Assembly (NCBI GenBank): GCA_002718195.1
Contig: PBDU01000018.1
Coordinates: forward strand, 16,108-80,107
Source of the DNA: Methanobacteriota archaeon
GTDB lineage: Archaea > Thermoplasmatota > Poseidoniia > Poseidoniales > Poseidoniaceae
Length of the DNA stretch: 64,000 bases
Reading direction: 5' to 3'
The notes below the pieces were generated by a model. It saw only the letters and a list, made by a program, of their open reading frames with translations. It was not told the origin of the DNA and searched no databases. The translations under genes were made by a program, and so were the position numbers. Positions 1-9,231 of this stretch are shown piece by piece (position 1 is the stretch's first letter; each line of letters starts with the position of its first letter).

Positions 1-138
1 AATCTAATCGGTGGGACATTGAATCGAACAATCTTAGTTACAAGATTTTTGAGAGCAGCGGGTCCTGTCCAGTCAACAATTGGTTGGAGAGTTGAGCCTG
101 GAATGGGGTTCATTGTAGATATTACAGCCGTAAGCTGA
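1..138 (+). CDS. flaH: 3' end of archaellum accessory ATPase-like protein ArlH/FlaH (partial)
   Basis: Frame 1 reads NLIGGTLNRTILVTRFLRAAGPVQSTIGWRVEPGMGFIVDITAVS*, resembling the FlaH C-terminus (xFRVEPGxG); lies directly upstream of flaI-flaJ. Confidence 0.75.
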   Translation, partial: NLIGGTLNRTILVTRFLRAAGPVQSTIGWRVEPGMGFIVDITAVS

Positions 139-148
139 GGTGCATGTT

Positions 149-1861
149 ATGGTTGATGATGGTGGTTTTGCAAAAGGAGACTTGGCGGGAGTCATGTCAA
201 AGCATCCGCACGTAGAGAAGTGGGTTCAAGACTTTGAAGCTAGATATGGCTCAAGACCAGAGTATTATGGACCACTAGATAGGGATGCAAAAAAGCAGAG
301 ACCATTCAACTTAATTTACATCACAAAAGAGCCCATTTTTGTACACATTTACGAGCCACCAAAAGATGAAGAAGGAGGCGGGCAAGTTCTGTGGTTTGGT
401 CTAGAGCCACAATTGACCGAGGAAGAGGAAAATATTCGCAGAGATTTAGTTGAAGTATTACTACAAGAAGCACCAAGTGCTCCATCTTTCACAACTGACG
501 ATGAATTCGAGAATATACTCAGTCAGATGATCGATAGGCATACCGTACTAGACACCGAAGTAGTTGGACCTCGGAGACAGGGAAGATTATGGTCAGTGGT
601 AGGTATGGAAGATAGACGTCTGACTGTTACCCAGAAACAAAAAGATAGACTAAATTACATAATCATAAGAGATTTAATTCGTAACGGACCTCTTGAACCA
701 TTGTTGAGCGATGAAATGCTCGAAGATATTCACTCTGTGGGATTAAAACATATTCACATGGATCACAAGGTATTCGGAATGGTTACCTCAAACATTAGAT
801 TTAGAGAGCGGGATTTGCTTGCAAAATTCCTTAGAGCAATGTCTGAAAGAATTGGTCGACCAGTTTCTGATAACAAGCCAATTATTGACGGAGCTCTACT
901 AGATGGTTCACGTATTAACATCGTTTTCTCCGATGACGTGTCCATGCTCGGTCCATCATTTACAATCAGAAAATTCGCTGAGGAGACGATTTCAATCACT
1001 CAATTAATTCAATGGGGTACCATCTCTTCTCAACTCGCAGCATACATTTGGATATGTCTCGAATACGGTATGTCTGTACTCGTATCAGGGGAGACTGCGT
1101 CAGGTAAAACCACAACTCTAAATGCGATTCTTCCGTTTATTGATCACAATGTGAAAATATACTCTGCCGAAGATACTCCTGAGGTAAAAGTTAGGCACAA
1201 GATTTGGCAGAGACTTGTAACTAGGGATTCCAAGAACGAGGATTCCAGAGTTGAAATGTTCGATTTGCTAAAGGCAGCGCTAAGAAGCCGTCCGAGATAC
1301 ATTATCATCGGTGAGATTAGAGGTGTTGAGGGTGCTACAGCCTTCCAGGCTATGCAAACTGGACACCCCGTTATCGCTACTTTCCACGCATCTTCTATCG
1401 TAAAGATGATCCAGAGATTTACTGGTGACCCTATCAATGTTCCAATTCGTTTCTTTGATAACTTGAACTTCGCCATTTTCCAAGAAGTTGTAGAAGCTCC
1501 GGGTGGAGGAATTGCACGTAGAGTTACTGGAATTGATGAGGTAATCGGATACAACAAACATTCCGATGGTGTCCTCACTAGAGGTATGTTCGAATGGGAC
1601 CCAGTCAAGGACAAGCACTACTTCCGTGGAATGTTCCAATCCCATTTGCTGGAAAATAAAATTGCGGCTATGGCTGGATTTTCAAACAAGAGAGACATCT
1701 ATGATGACATGATGAAAAGGGCTGAGGCAATCCAAAGGATGGTCGATCGAGGTTTGACTCATTACGATGATGTGTTTGATTTATTGGGAATTTACTACAA
1801 CAGTGGTTTTGAGATGTTTAGTAGTGCTATCGATTCATGGGTCGGGATAAATCAAGACTGA
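149..1861 (+). CDS. flaI: Archaellum/type IV pilus motor ATPase ArlI/FlaI
   Basis: Walker A GETASGKTT, Asp box AEDTPE, Walker B IIIGEIRG, His box TGH..ATFHA; GAGGTG RBS before ATG 149; flaH-flaI-flaJ order. Confidence 0.9.
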   Translation: MVDDGGFAKGDLAGVMSKHPHVEKWVQDFEARYGSRPEYYGPLDRDAKKQRPFNLIYITKEPIFVHIYEPPKDEEGGGQVLWFGLEPQLTEEEENIRRDLVEVLLQEAPSAPSFTTDDEFENILSQMIDRHTVLDTEVVGPRRQGRLWSVVGMEDRRLTVTQKQKDRLNYIIIRDLIRNGPLEPLLSDEMLEDIHSVGLKHIHMDHKVFGMVTSNIRFRERDLLAKFLRAMSERIGRPVSDNKPIIDGALLDGSRINIVFSDDVSMLGPSFTIRKFAEETISITQLIQWGTISSQLAAYIWICLEYGMSVLVSGETASGKTTTLNAILPFIDHNVKIYSAEDTPEVKVRHKIWQRLVTRDSKNEDSRVEMFDLLKAALRSRPRYIIIGEIRGVEGATAFQAMQTGHPVIATFHASSIVKMIQRFTGDPINVPIRFFDNLNFAIFQEVVEAPGGGIARRVTGIDEVIGYNKHSDGVLTRGMFEWDPVKDKHYFRGMFQSHLLENKIAAMAGFSNKRDIYDDMMKRAEAIQRMVDRGLTHYDDVFDLLGIYYNSGFEMFSSAIDSWVGINQD

Positions 1862-1871
1862 GGTGAATTGA

Positions 1872-3677
1872 TTGGAGCGAATGGCAGATTGGCAAATCGC
1901 CCTAAGGCGAATCGAGATGCCTTTTCCTCGGTACATTTCGTTTTATGTTTTACCAGCTGCGATGGCTGGTCTAATTACTTCTTTAATCCTGATTTTTTCA
2001 TCAGGTGGTTTTTCAGAAGGTGCTCTATTTTCTGGAGTAGCAGGAATATTACTACTCATTATGCTCCCTATTCTTTTAGGTGGTTCTGCTCTAGGTTATC
2101 CTCTTCTTGAGGTCCAACGGAGTGCGGTAAAAATCGAGAAAGAAATGCACATGTTCATCACCAGAATGGGTATATTATCACTGGGAGAGGTTGGAGCACA
2201 ATCAATGTTCGATATCCTCAAACAGATGAGTGATTATGGTGAATTAGCAAATGAGGTTAAGAGAATTGAAATCCTCGTAGATAGATGGAATACCTCGCTT
2301 CCTGAAGCATCAAGAATAGTTGCTCAGCAATCTCCCTCCCCGTTGTGGGCAGATTTCTTGGACAGAATGGCTTTTTCCATTGAAGCAGGTCAACCAATCG
2401 ATGAATTCATGAGAGCTGAGCAAGAAACGATCGCAGAACAATATGATACATTATACGATACGAGGTTGGAAAGCGTAGACAACATGAAGGAAATTTATGT
2501 GTCATTGGTCAGTGCAGGATTATTCGGTTTAGTTATTGCTGGAATTCACCTTGTTTTATTCGAAATTGGAAGTCTAGACGATCCACCTATCGAAGTTGCC
2601 AGTAGACTTAGATTCCTTTTACTCGCTGGATTACTATTTACCACAGTGCAAGTAATTGCTGTTTTTGCCTTTAGGGCCACAATTCCAGATGATCAGACAT
2701 TTGCAAGGGATGATTTTGATACACCTTACAGGACTTTACAATCCAAGATGCTTATTTTCTCAGCCATTGCTACAGTATTCATGGTTGTCTTAACGACGCT
2801 GTTTGTAGTGATTGCGTGGGAGGCAATTGCTCCAGCCTGGGATAAGTGGGGATTACTTTTGATTGCAATTCCTCTTTCTCCAATGTTAATCCCTGCAGGA
2901 TTTGTTTCAAGGGAGGAAAGTAAGGTTCTTCGCCGAGATGAAACGTATCCTGACTTTATCAGGGCATTGGGCGGTACAGCACAAGCAAGGTCGGCAGAAC
3001 CCGTGGCAACCATCAAAGCCCTAAGGGGAATTGATTTTGGTGTTTTAGACCCGAGTATTGACCGCCTTGAGAAGAGGCTTGCTACTAGAATTGATTCCGA
3101 TAGGGCATGGGATTACTTCAACGCGGACACGAATTCAGCAGTTATTTCCAGGTACACTAGAATCTATATCGAAGGTTCACAATCATCTGGTCAGCCAGCT
3201 TCAACTGCAGAAATGGTTTCAAGGTCCGTTGGTAGTCTACTTTCATTGAGAAATAGACGGTCACTTTCTGCTAAAACCATGTGGGGAGTTGCATTAGGTT
3301 TGCTAATTGCCAGCGTAACCTCGTTGAATGTAACCATCTCAATCGTATTACAACTGGGAGAGGCAATAGCAGGTGTAGCAACCGGACTTACCGAGTCAAC
3401 TGATACCTCTGAATTAACTTCATTCGGTGCAGGAGTTGCTCTTCCAGTCATGGAAAACCCAGAGGTTGTGCCACAAAATATACGGCTCTTCAAAATTGTA
3501 TCCTCAATTTTGATCATGATTCAGATAGCAGCAGTTTCACTCATCGCTACAAGACTTCGTGGTGGTGGATTAACCAGTGCTATGGGTCAAATGATTCAGT
3601 TACTTTGGGTTGCAGGAATTGCTTCTTTCATTACTGCGGTTATTCTTGAAAGAACAAGCGGAATCTTTGGAATTTAG
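1872..3677 (+). CDS. flaJ: Archaellum membrane platform protein ArlJ/FlaJ
   Basis: Multi-TM protein with two GspF/TadC-like cytoplasmic domains (FLDRMAFSIEAG, YPDFIRALG); follows flaI. Confidence 0.88.
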   Translation: MERMADWQIALRRIEMPFPRYISFYVLPAAMAGLITSLILIFSSGGFSEGALFSGVAGILLLIMLPILLGGSALGYPLLEVQRSAVKIEKEMHMFITRMGILSLGEVGAQSMFDILKQMSDYGELANEVKRIEILVDRWNTSLPEASRIVAQQSPSPLWADFLDRMAFSIEAGQPIDEFMRAEQETIAEQYDTLYDTRLESVDNMKEIYVSLVSAGLFGLVIAGIHLVLFEIGSLDDPPIEVASRLRFLLLAGLLFTTVQVIAVFAFRATIPDDQTFARDDFDTPYRTLQSKMLIFSAIATVFMVVLTTLFVVIAWEAIAPAWDKWGLLLIAIPLSPMLIPAGFVSREESKVLRRDETYPDFIRALGGTAQARSAEPVATIKALRGIDFGVLDPSIDRLEKRLATRIDSDRAWDYFNADTNSAVISRYTRIYIEGSQSSGQPASTAEMVSRSVGSLLSLRNRRSLSAKTMWGVALGLLIASVTSLNVTISIVLQLGEAIAGVATGLTESTDTSELTSFGAGVALPVMENPEVVPQNIRLFKIVSSILIMIQIAAVSLIATRLRGGGLTSAMGQMIQLLWVAGIASFITAVILERTSGIFGI

Positions 3678-4342
3678 CGTTTCTTCTTCCTGTTCTTTCT
3701 CGCTTCTTGCTCGATTCTTTTCTTTGTAGCAGCCCATGAACAAATTGGACATGTGGTCAAATCGTGCCAACGGGCAGGACAGTATTCTCTTCCAAAGAAT
3801 ATTATTTGCAAATGCAACTTATTCCATGTGTTCTTGGGGAAAATTGCTTTGAGGTCTTTTTCTGTTTTCTCAACTGTAGTCCCATTGCTAAGTCCCCATC
3901 TTGCTGCAAGTCTGTGAATATGAGTGTCAATAGGAAATGCTGGTACACCAAAGGCTTGTGAAATGACTACCCCTGCTGTTTTGTGTCCAACTCCAGGCAG
4001 AGACTCCAAACCATCCATTGTCTCAGGAATTTCTCCATGATATGATTCTACCAATATTTCACTTAATCTCTTGATGTTTTTTGCTTTAGTCGGTGCTAAT
4101 CCAACCTCTCTTATCATTTCTCTAATCTCATCGACTGACAACTTCGACATTTCTGTAGCATCAGGACCCTTAGTGAATAATTGAGGAGTGACTTGGTTTA
4201 CCTTCAGGTCGGTTGTTTGTGCACTCATCAATACTGCAATCAAAAGTTGGAATGGCGTTTCATGGTCTAGTGGGGTTGGAGTTTCAGGGTATAATTCTTC
4301 GAGCATTTGAAGTATTTTCTCAGCCTTATCTGCTCGCTTCAT
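3674..4342 (-). CDS. nth: Endonuclease III (HhH-GPD DNA glycosylase/AP lyase)
   Basis: LLIAVLMSAQTTD, HhH LPGVGHKTA with catalytic Lys, IDTHIHR with catalytic Asp. Confidence 0.93.
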   Translation of the reverse strand: MKRADKAEKILQMLEELYPETPTPLDHETPFQLLIAVLMSAQTTDLKVNQVTPQLFTKGPDATEMSKLSVDEIREMIREVGLAPTKAKNIKRLSEILVESYHGEIPETMDGLESLPGVGHKTAGVVISQAFGVPAFPIDTHIHRLAARWGLSNGTTVEKTEKDLKAIFPKNTWNKLHLQIIFFGREYCPARWHDLTTCPICSWAATKKRIEQEARKNRKKKR

Positions 4343-4351
4343 TTGAAATCC

Positions 4352-4561
4352 TCACGATTGCATAGCATATTCTTCCCCTGTTTTCCACCCAAAGAATATT
4401 CCCAGTAAAACGCTAGAGATTGGAATCAAATTGCAAGCAAAAATTGTTGCTAGACTTAAATTATCATCGGGTCTGCCAACTAAAATCCACACTAACAAAC
4501 CCAAAAATAATCCAGGAATCAACATTACAAATCCAAAACTCAAAGCCCTTGTCATTCTCAT
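4352..4561 (-). CDS. Small two-TM membrane protein
   Basis: 69 aa with two hydrophobic stretches, tightly packed between polX and nth on the same strand. Confidence 0.65.
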   Translation of the reverse strand: MRMTRALSFGFVMLIPGLFLGLLVWILVGRPDDNLSLATIFACNLIPISSVLLGIFFGWKTGEEYAMQS

Positions 4562-4571
4562 TTAATCACCT

Positions 4572-6512
4572 TCATTTTGCAAGTATTTCGAAAATTTCAT
4601 TGTGGTCAAGTGAATTCAAAACATCTGATGATTCAAGCCAACCTTTTCTAGCATTCATCACTCCAAACCTTATGTCATTGAGACCAGAAATTGAATGTGC
4701 ATCAGGGTTGATGATCACTGGAACTCCCAAATCTTTCGCTCTCTTGCAGAATTTCCAATCTAGGTCTAGTCTGTAAGGGCTTGCATTCAACTCTACTGCT
4801 TTCAATTTTCCATTGGCATTATAATCAGCCATATGCTCTAAAACAGCCTGAAGGTCAATTTCGTAACCATCCCTTCCTTGGAGAATTCTTCCGGTGGGGT
4901 GTCCAAGAATTGTTGTTGAAGGGTGATCAATTACTTTGCACATCTCCTCTGTATTCTCAAATTCACTCCTTGCTCTCCATTTTGTCATCGCATGAACGCT
5001 AGCCACAACATAATCCAACTGCTCAAGTACTTCATCTGGATGGTCTAATTTGCCTCCAGCAAGGATGTCAGATTCAACACCGTGAATTAGTCTGAAGTCC
5101 ACACCTTGTTCTTCCCACTCTGAATTGTATCGCTTGATTTTTGCACCCTGCTCAAGTAAATCATCAGCAGAAGCACCATTTGCAATCTTCAGTGTAGGTG
5201 AGTGGTCGGCAATTCCAAGCCATTCCCACCCCATGCCACGAGCAGCATGAGCCATTTCTTCCAGACTTGCTTCACCATCGGAAAGGGTTGTATGATTGTG
5301 CAGGCTTCCTTTGATTTGGTTTAGAGTTATTAGATTGGGCAGTAAACCAGATTGAGCAGCAGAAATTTCTCCCAAATCCTCTCTGAGTTCCGGTTCAACA
5401 TATTCCATTCCTAGATGTTTGTAGATATCCGATTCTTCAACTGCGGGCAGAGAAAACTTAGCAGCTGCTTCTCCCTTCAAGTCACCGATTTTATCTTGAG
5501 GTGATAGTCCCCATTCGCTCAATGTAAGACCTTTTTCGATTGCTTTTTGCCTCATTACTATGTTGTGCTCTTTTGAGCCAGTAAAGTATGCGAGTGTGAA
5601 TGGTTCGACATGAGGCTCGACAATTCTAATTTGAGCATCGATAGTTCCTCCACTTTCCAATTGCTCATACTCTGCTCCACCGATAGCATCAAGCACATTT
5701 TTATCGATGTGTCCAACTGTGAATTCTTCCATAAATAGCGAAGTATCTAGAATTAAACTGATCTTGGAATCACCTGCACCTTTCACGTCTGCTATTCCTG
5801 GTAAGGAAAGGACTTCCTTACTAATTTGAGCGTGGTGTTCGGATTCAGCGGATACTACTATGTCCAGGTCTCCAATTGTTGACTTTCTTCTTCTTGCTGA
5901 GCCCGCGAGGGTTGCACTTTTGACATTTTTAATTTCAGAAATTCGACTTTCAAAAGCAAGGCCATACATCAATCCGATATCGAGTCTTCTTCTCGATCTG
6001 AATCTTGCGAGTAATTCAATTCCGTCCAATATTTTTTGTTGTGATTTAGCTCCAAATCCACTTAGTGGCGCAATTTTCCCATCCTCTGCAACTTCCTTTA
6101 GTTCAGCGATACTCTCCACGCCAAACTCTTGATTTAAGCGCTGAATTTTCTTAGGTCCCATTCCGGGTATGCCTAGCATTTCGATTAGTCCCGGGGCTGT
6201 ATCTTCGTGTAGTCGAACCCAATCTTCCGGCCATAGTCCTGTGGACATTGCTTCTGATATAGCGCTTGCAAGACCTTTACCAATTCCTTTGATGTTAATC
6301 AGTTCTTTAGTTTGCACAAGTTCCCAAAGATCTTGATTCATCGTACCAAGTGTTCTACTTCCGTTTTGATATGAACGAATTCTGAATACATTTGCTCCAT
6401 CTAATTCTAGGAGAACTCCAACTTGGTGCAATACTTTTGAAACTTGATTTCTTGAGAAATATGGCGCAGCATCCCCCCTTGGCTTGGGTAGTGTGAAAGT
6501 TGACTGCGCCAT
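4572..6512 (-). CDS. polX: Family X DNA polymerase-PHP exonuclease fusion (possibly non-canonical)
   Basis: GIGK and GMGPKK HhH motifs, AGSARR, GDLD, YFTGSKEHN; C-terminal PHP domain (HNHT..SDG, DHS, GVE, HPTGR, DAH). Confidence 0.92.
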   Translation of the reverse strand: MAQSTFTLPKPRGDAAPYFSRNQVSKVLHQVGVLLELDGANVFRIRSYQNGSRTLGTMNQDLWELVQTKELINIKGIGKGLASAISEAMSTGLWPEDWVRLHEDTAPGLIEMLGIPGMGPKKIQRLNQEFGVESIAELKEVAEDGKIAPLSGFGAKSQQKILDGIELLARFRSRRRLDIGLMYGLAFESRISEIKNVKSATLAGSARRRKSTIGDLDIVVSAESEHHAQISKEVLSLPGIADVKGAGDSKISLILDTSLFMEEFTVGHIDKNVLDAIGGAEYEQLESGGTIDAQIRIVEPHVEPFTLAYFTGSKEHNIVMRQKAIEKGLTLSEWGLSPQDKIGDLKGEAAAKFSLPAVEESDIYKHLGMEYVEPELREDLGEISAAQSGLLPNLITLNQIKGSLHNHTTLSDGEASLEEMAHAARGMGWEWLGIADHSPTLKIANGASADDLLEQGAKIKRYNSEWEEQGVDFRLIHGVESDILAGGKLDHPDEVLEQLDYVVASVHAMTKWRARSEFENTEEMCKVIDHPSTTILGHPTGRILQGRDGYEIDLQAVLEHMADYNANGKLKAVELNASPYRLDLDWKFCKRAKDLGVPVIINPDAHSISGLNDIRFGVMNARKGWLESSDVLNSLDHNEIFEILAK

Positions 6513-6602
6513 GGTATCAGCACTGGTTTTCAGTAGTTAAGGCTTGATTAAGGAAAAGTAAGCAAAGGTTTCCTTTGTTAAGGTGGACCTTTTGGTGAAT
6601 AC

Positions 6603-6929
6603 ATGGCAGTTGCCGAGTTCATGGTAGGGTTAACCGAAATCCTGTGTGGTCTTAGTGCGATTTTGTTTACTTTCATTGCTACATTTTCACGATCTGAGAG
6701 ACTTGAATTGACAATGCAAAATGTTCTATTTTTCCTGCTTATTGCGAGCGCAGCAAGCCTCTGGGGTGTTTCTCTAACAGGTGGTACAATATGGGGTGAC
6801 GACTATATCGCTAGGCCACTTTCCCTGATTTGTATCGTTCTGGCTATATCTGCTAGATTAAACATCAAAGGCAAAAATGTCTCTTTTGGCGCTAACCCGC
6901 ATTCCATTGGCAGGACTGAAGAAGAATAA
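6603..6929 (+). CDS. Hypothetical membrane protein (3 TM)
   Basis: 108 aa hydrophobic ORF filling the gap before mvk. Confidence 0.65.
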   Translation: MAVAEFMVGLTEILCGLSAILFTFIATFSRSERLELTMQNVLFFLLIASAASLWGVSLTGGTIWGDDYIARPLSLICIVLAISARLNIKGKNVSFGANPHSIGRTEEE

Positions 6930-6973
6930 CTAAAACCGTATTATATCACAATTTGGACAAGGAAGTAGTTAAC

Positions 6974-8161
6974 ATGGGTAGAGTAGTTGCAAGTGCCCCA
7001 GGTAAATGCATTCTATTCGGTGAACATGCTGTCGTTTATGGACAACCTGCTGTGGCTGTAGCAATCGAGCAACGGATGATTGTGGAGATTTCAACAGAGG
7101 ATGAAATTTCTGAGTGGAAATTAGATGGAAAAGAGTTTGATGGCTCAAAACATCCTCATGTGCAAGCACTGAGGGACCGAATGTGGCCTAAATCTGTGGG
7201 TGCTACTCCTCTCTCTGTAAAAATACATGGAGACATACCTGCTGCAAGTGGTTTAGGTTCATCTGCAGCCCTTTCCGTTGCTGCCTGTGCAGCACTAAGG
7301 GCTGCGAGAGGAAGATGGATTAGGAAAAATGGTGATTTTTCTGTTCCAGAAGACTGGGCAGAAGGTTATCATTCCTCAATTGAAGATACTAATTCGTACG
7401 CTGATTCTGAAAATATCAGAGATAGCGCAAGAAGGAGCGGACAAAATGGTGTGGGTCACCTCCACATATTCGGGCAGGATTCTATTGACGTAGAGGAGTG
7501 CTCTATTGTAGGTCATTCGATAGAAGCAGTAGCCCAGGGTGGAAGAGCTAGTCCTATGGATGCTACCACATGTGCTTATGGTGGTATAATTTTGCTCTCC
7601 GATAAATTGGAACCTGGGGTTGATTGGACAGGCACTAGGAATCTTTCTACGCCAAACGGTGATGTCTCTTGGGAAATACATTCAGTTAGTGCTAAAAGTC
7701 CGGATGACCTATTTTTGGTCATAGGTCATACCGGTGATTATTCATCTACCGCTCAGCAAGTAAAATATGTAGCAGAACTTTTGGAAAAAGATCCCTTGCG
7801 AATGAAAGAAATTGAAGCGATTGGGCACGTTGCTAGAAGGGGTGTCGATGCTTTACTCAAAGGAGATTACACTGCTGTAGGTCATGCTATGAAAGAAAAT
7901 CAAGTTCTTTTGTCGTTGTTGGGAGTTTCTTCAGAAAAATTGGACAGATTGGTTGAAGCTGCTAATCCCTCCTCTCTTGGTGCGAAACTAACCGGAGCAG
8001 GTGGAGGTGGTTGCATGATAGCATTGACTCGGAACCCAAAAGAAACCTCAGAAGCAATTGAACTTGCAGGGGGAAGAACTTGGATTTCAAAATTTAACAA
8101 TAAAGGATTGACTTTGGATGCAATATCGGATTTACCAATATGGTTTCCTCCCGGAAATTAG
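6974..8161 (+). CDS. mvk: Mevalonate kinase (GHMP family)
   Basis: APGKCILFGEHAVVYG, PAASGLGSSAA, ASPMD, GAKLTGAGGGG motifs. Confidence 0.9.
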   Translation: MGRVVASAPGKCILFGEHAVVYGQPAVAVAIEQRMIVEISTEDEISEWKLDGKEFDGSKHPHVQALRDRMWPKSVGATPLSVKIHGDIPAASGLGSSAALSVAACAALRAARGRWIRKNGDFSVPEDWAEGYHSSIEDTNSYADSENIRDSARRSGQNGVGHLHIFGQDSIDVEECSIVGHSIEAVAQGGRASPMDATTCAYGGIILLSDKLEPGVDWTGTRNLSTPNGDVSWEIHSVSAKSPDDLFLVIGHTGDYSSTAQQVKYVAELLEKDPLRMKEIEAIGHVARRGVDALLKGDYTAVGHAMKENQVLLSLLGVSSEKLDRLVEAANPSSLGAKLTGAGGGGCMIALTRNPKETSEAIELAGGRTWISKFNNKGLTLDAISDLPIWFPPGN

Positions 8162-8192
8162 AGGAAAATGTGTGATAATATTCCGGTTGCTC

Positions 8193-8201
8193 TTTTATAT
8201 A
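8193..8201 (+). promoter_or_regulatory. Putative TATA box of tbp (leaderless transcript)
   Basis: TTTTATATA ending 20-23 bp upstream of ATG 8221/8224. Confidence 0.55.
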
Positions 8202-8220
8202 CTCGACTTTTTTGGAAGGC

Positions 8221-8838
8221 ATGATGACCACCGATGAAGAGAGGCTAACAGTCGTAAACGTTGTAGCAAGCACAAGAGTTGCAGAAGAACTTGACCTTCC
8301 AGATATTGCGATTCAGTTGAATTGTGAATATGAGCCAGAGCAATTCCCTGGTGTTGTTTACAGAGTCACAGAGCCAAAATTGGCTATTCTAATGTTTAGA
8401 AGCGGTCGTGCGGTTTGTACTGGCGGAAAAGATGAGGATAACATCCACACTGGTATCGACAGAATGATCCAGGACCTGAGAGGGGCTGGAATCACAACAT
8501 GGGATTTGAAGGATGTTGAAATCGAAGTCCAAAACATGGTTGCAACATATGCTTTGCACTACCCGGAAGATTATGACGGAAATGACAAATTCACAAACGA
8601 GCCTCTTGCAGGTCAACCAAGAAAGCTGAACCTGAACCACTTGACATTCCACCTTCCATTTGACAAGGTTGAATATGAGCCAGAGCAATTCCCTGGATTG
8701 ATCTACAGGCTTGATTACCCAAAGGTTGTCTGTTTGATTTTCGGTTCCGGTAAGATGGTTATTACCGGAGCAAGGCACAAGGATGAAATTCTCGAGGCTG
8801 TCGAAATCATCAAGGACGAATTAGCAGATCTTCTGTGA
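8221..8838 (+). CDS. tbp: TATA-box binding protein
   Basis: Two repeats NVVAS/NMVAT, YEPEQFPG twice, FxSGxxVxTG twice. Confidence 0.97.
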   Translation: MMTTDEERLTVVNVVASTRVAEELDLPDIAIQLNCEYEPEQFPGVVYRVTEPKLAILMFRSGRAVCTGGKDEDNIHTGIDRMIQDLRGAGITTWDLKDVEIEVQNMVATYALHYPEDYDGNDKFTNEPLAGQPRKLNLNHLTFHLPFDKVEYEPEQFPGLIYRLDYPKVVCLIFGSGKMVITGARHKDEILEAVEIIKDELADLL

Positions 8839-9194
8839 AAAAGATGAAAATTTTCCTTGCAAGAGTGTTAACAACACTCCACCTTGGACTGTTCATTTTC
8901 GGTTTACTAGGTTGGTTATTGCCATTTCCGTTTGTTACTACACATACAGTTTTCATGATAGGACTTAGAGTTCACTGGGAAGTCTACAATGGATGTATCT
9001 TAACAGATTGGGAAAAATCACTGCTAGGCAAAGAATCAAATCCAGATCGCCATTTTACCAGAGATTTATTGGTAAGGATTGGTTTCAAAAATGTCAGTGT
9101 TGAGTTAGCCTCAAAGTTGCTTAGAATTTTTACTAATTCACTGATATTGCTCTCCGTAATTGTATCTATTTCAGGATTTTTAGCATCTTCTTGA
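8835..9194 (+). CDS. Small membrane protein, DUF2784-like
   Basis: Hydrophobic protein with GCILTDWEK motif resembling CxLTxWE; overlaps the tbp stop codon. Confidence 0.6.
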   Translation: MKKMKIFLARVLTTLHLGLFIFGLLGWLLPFPFVTTHTVFMIGLRVHWEVYNGCILTDWEKSLLGKESNPDRHFTRDLLVRIGFKNVSVELASKLLRIFTNSLILLSVIVSISGFLASS

Positions 9195-9231
9195 CTATTA
9201 TAATCAAGTATTGGAACATTCTCGGGTGAAC

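Noticed and set aside
1-3677. Archaellum genes as a novel system
   Set aside because: flaH-flaI-flaJ is a well-known conserved cassette already reported in this group
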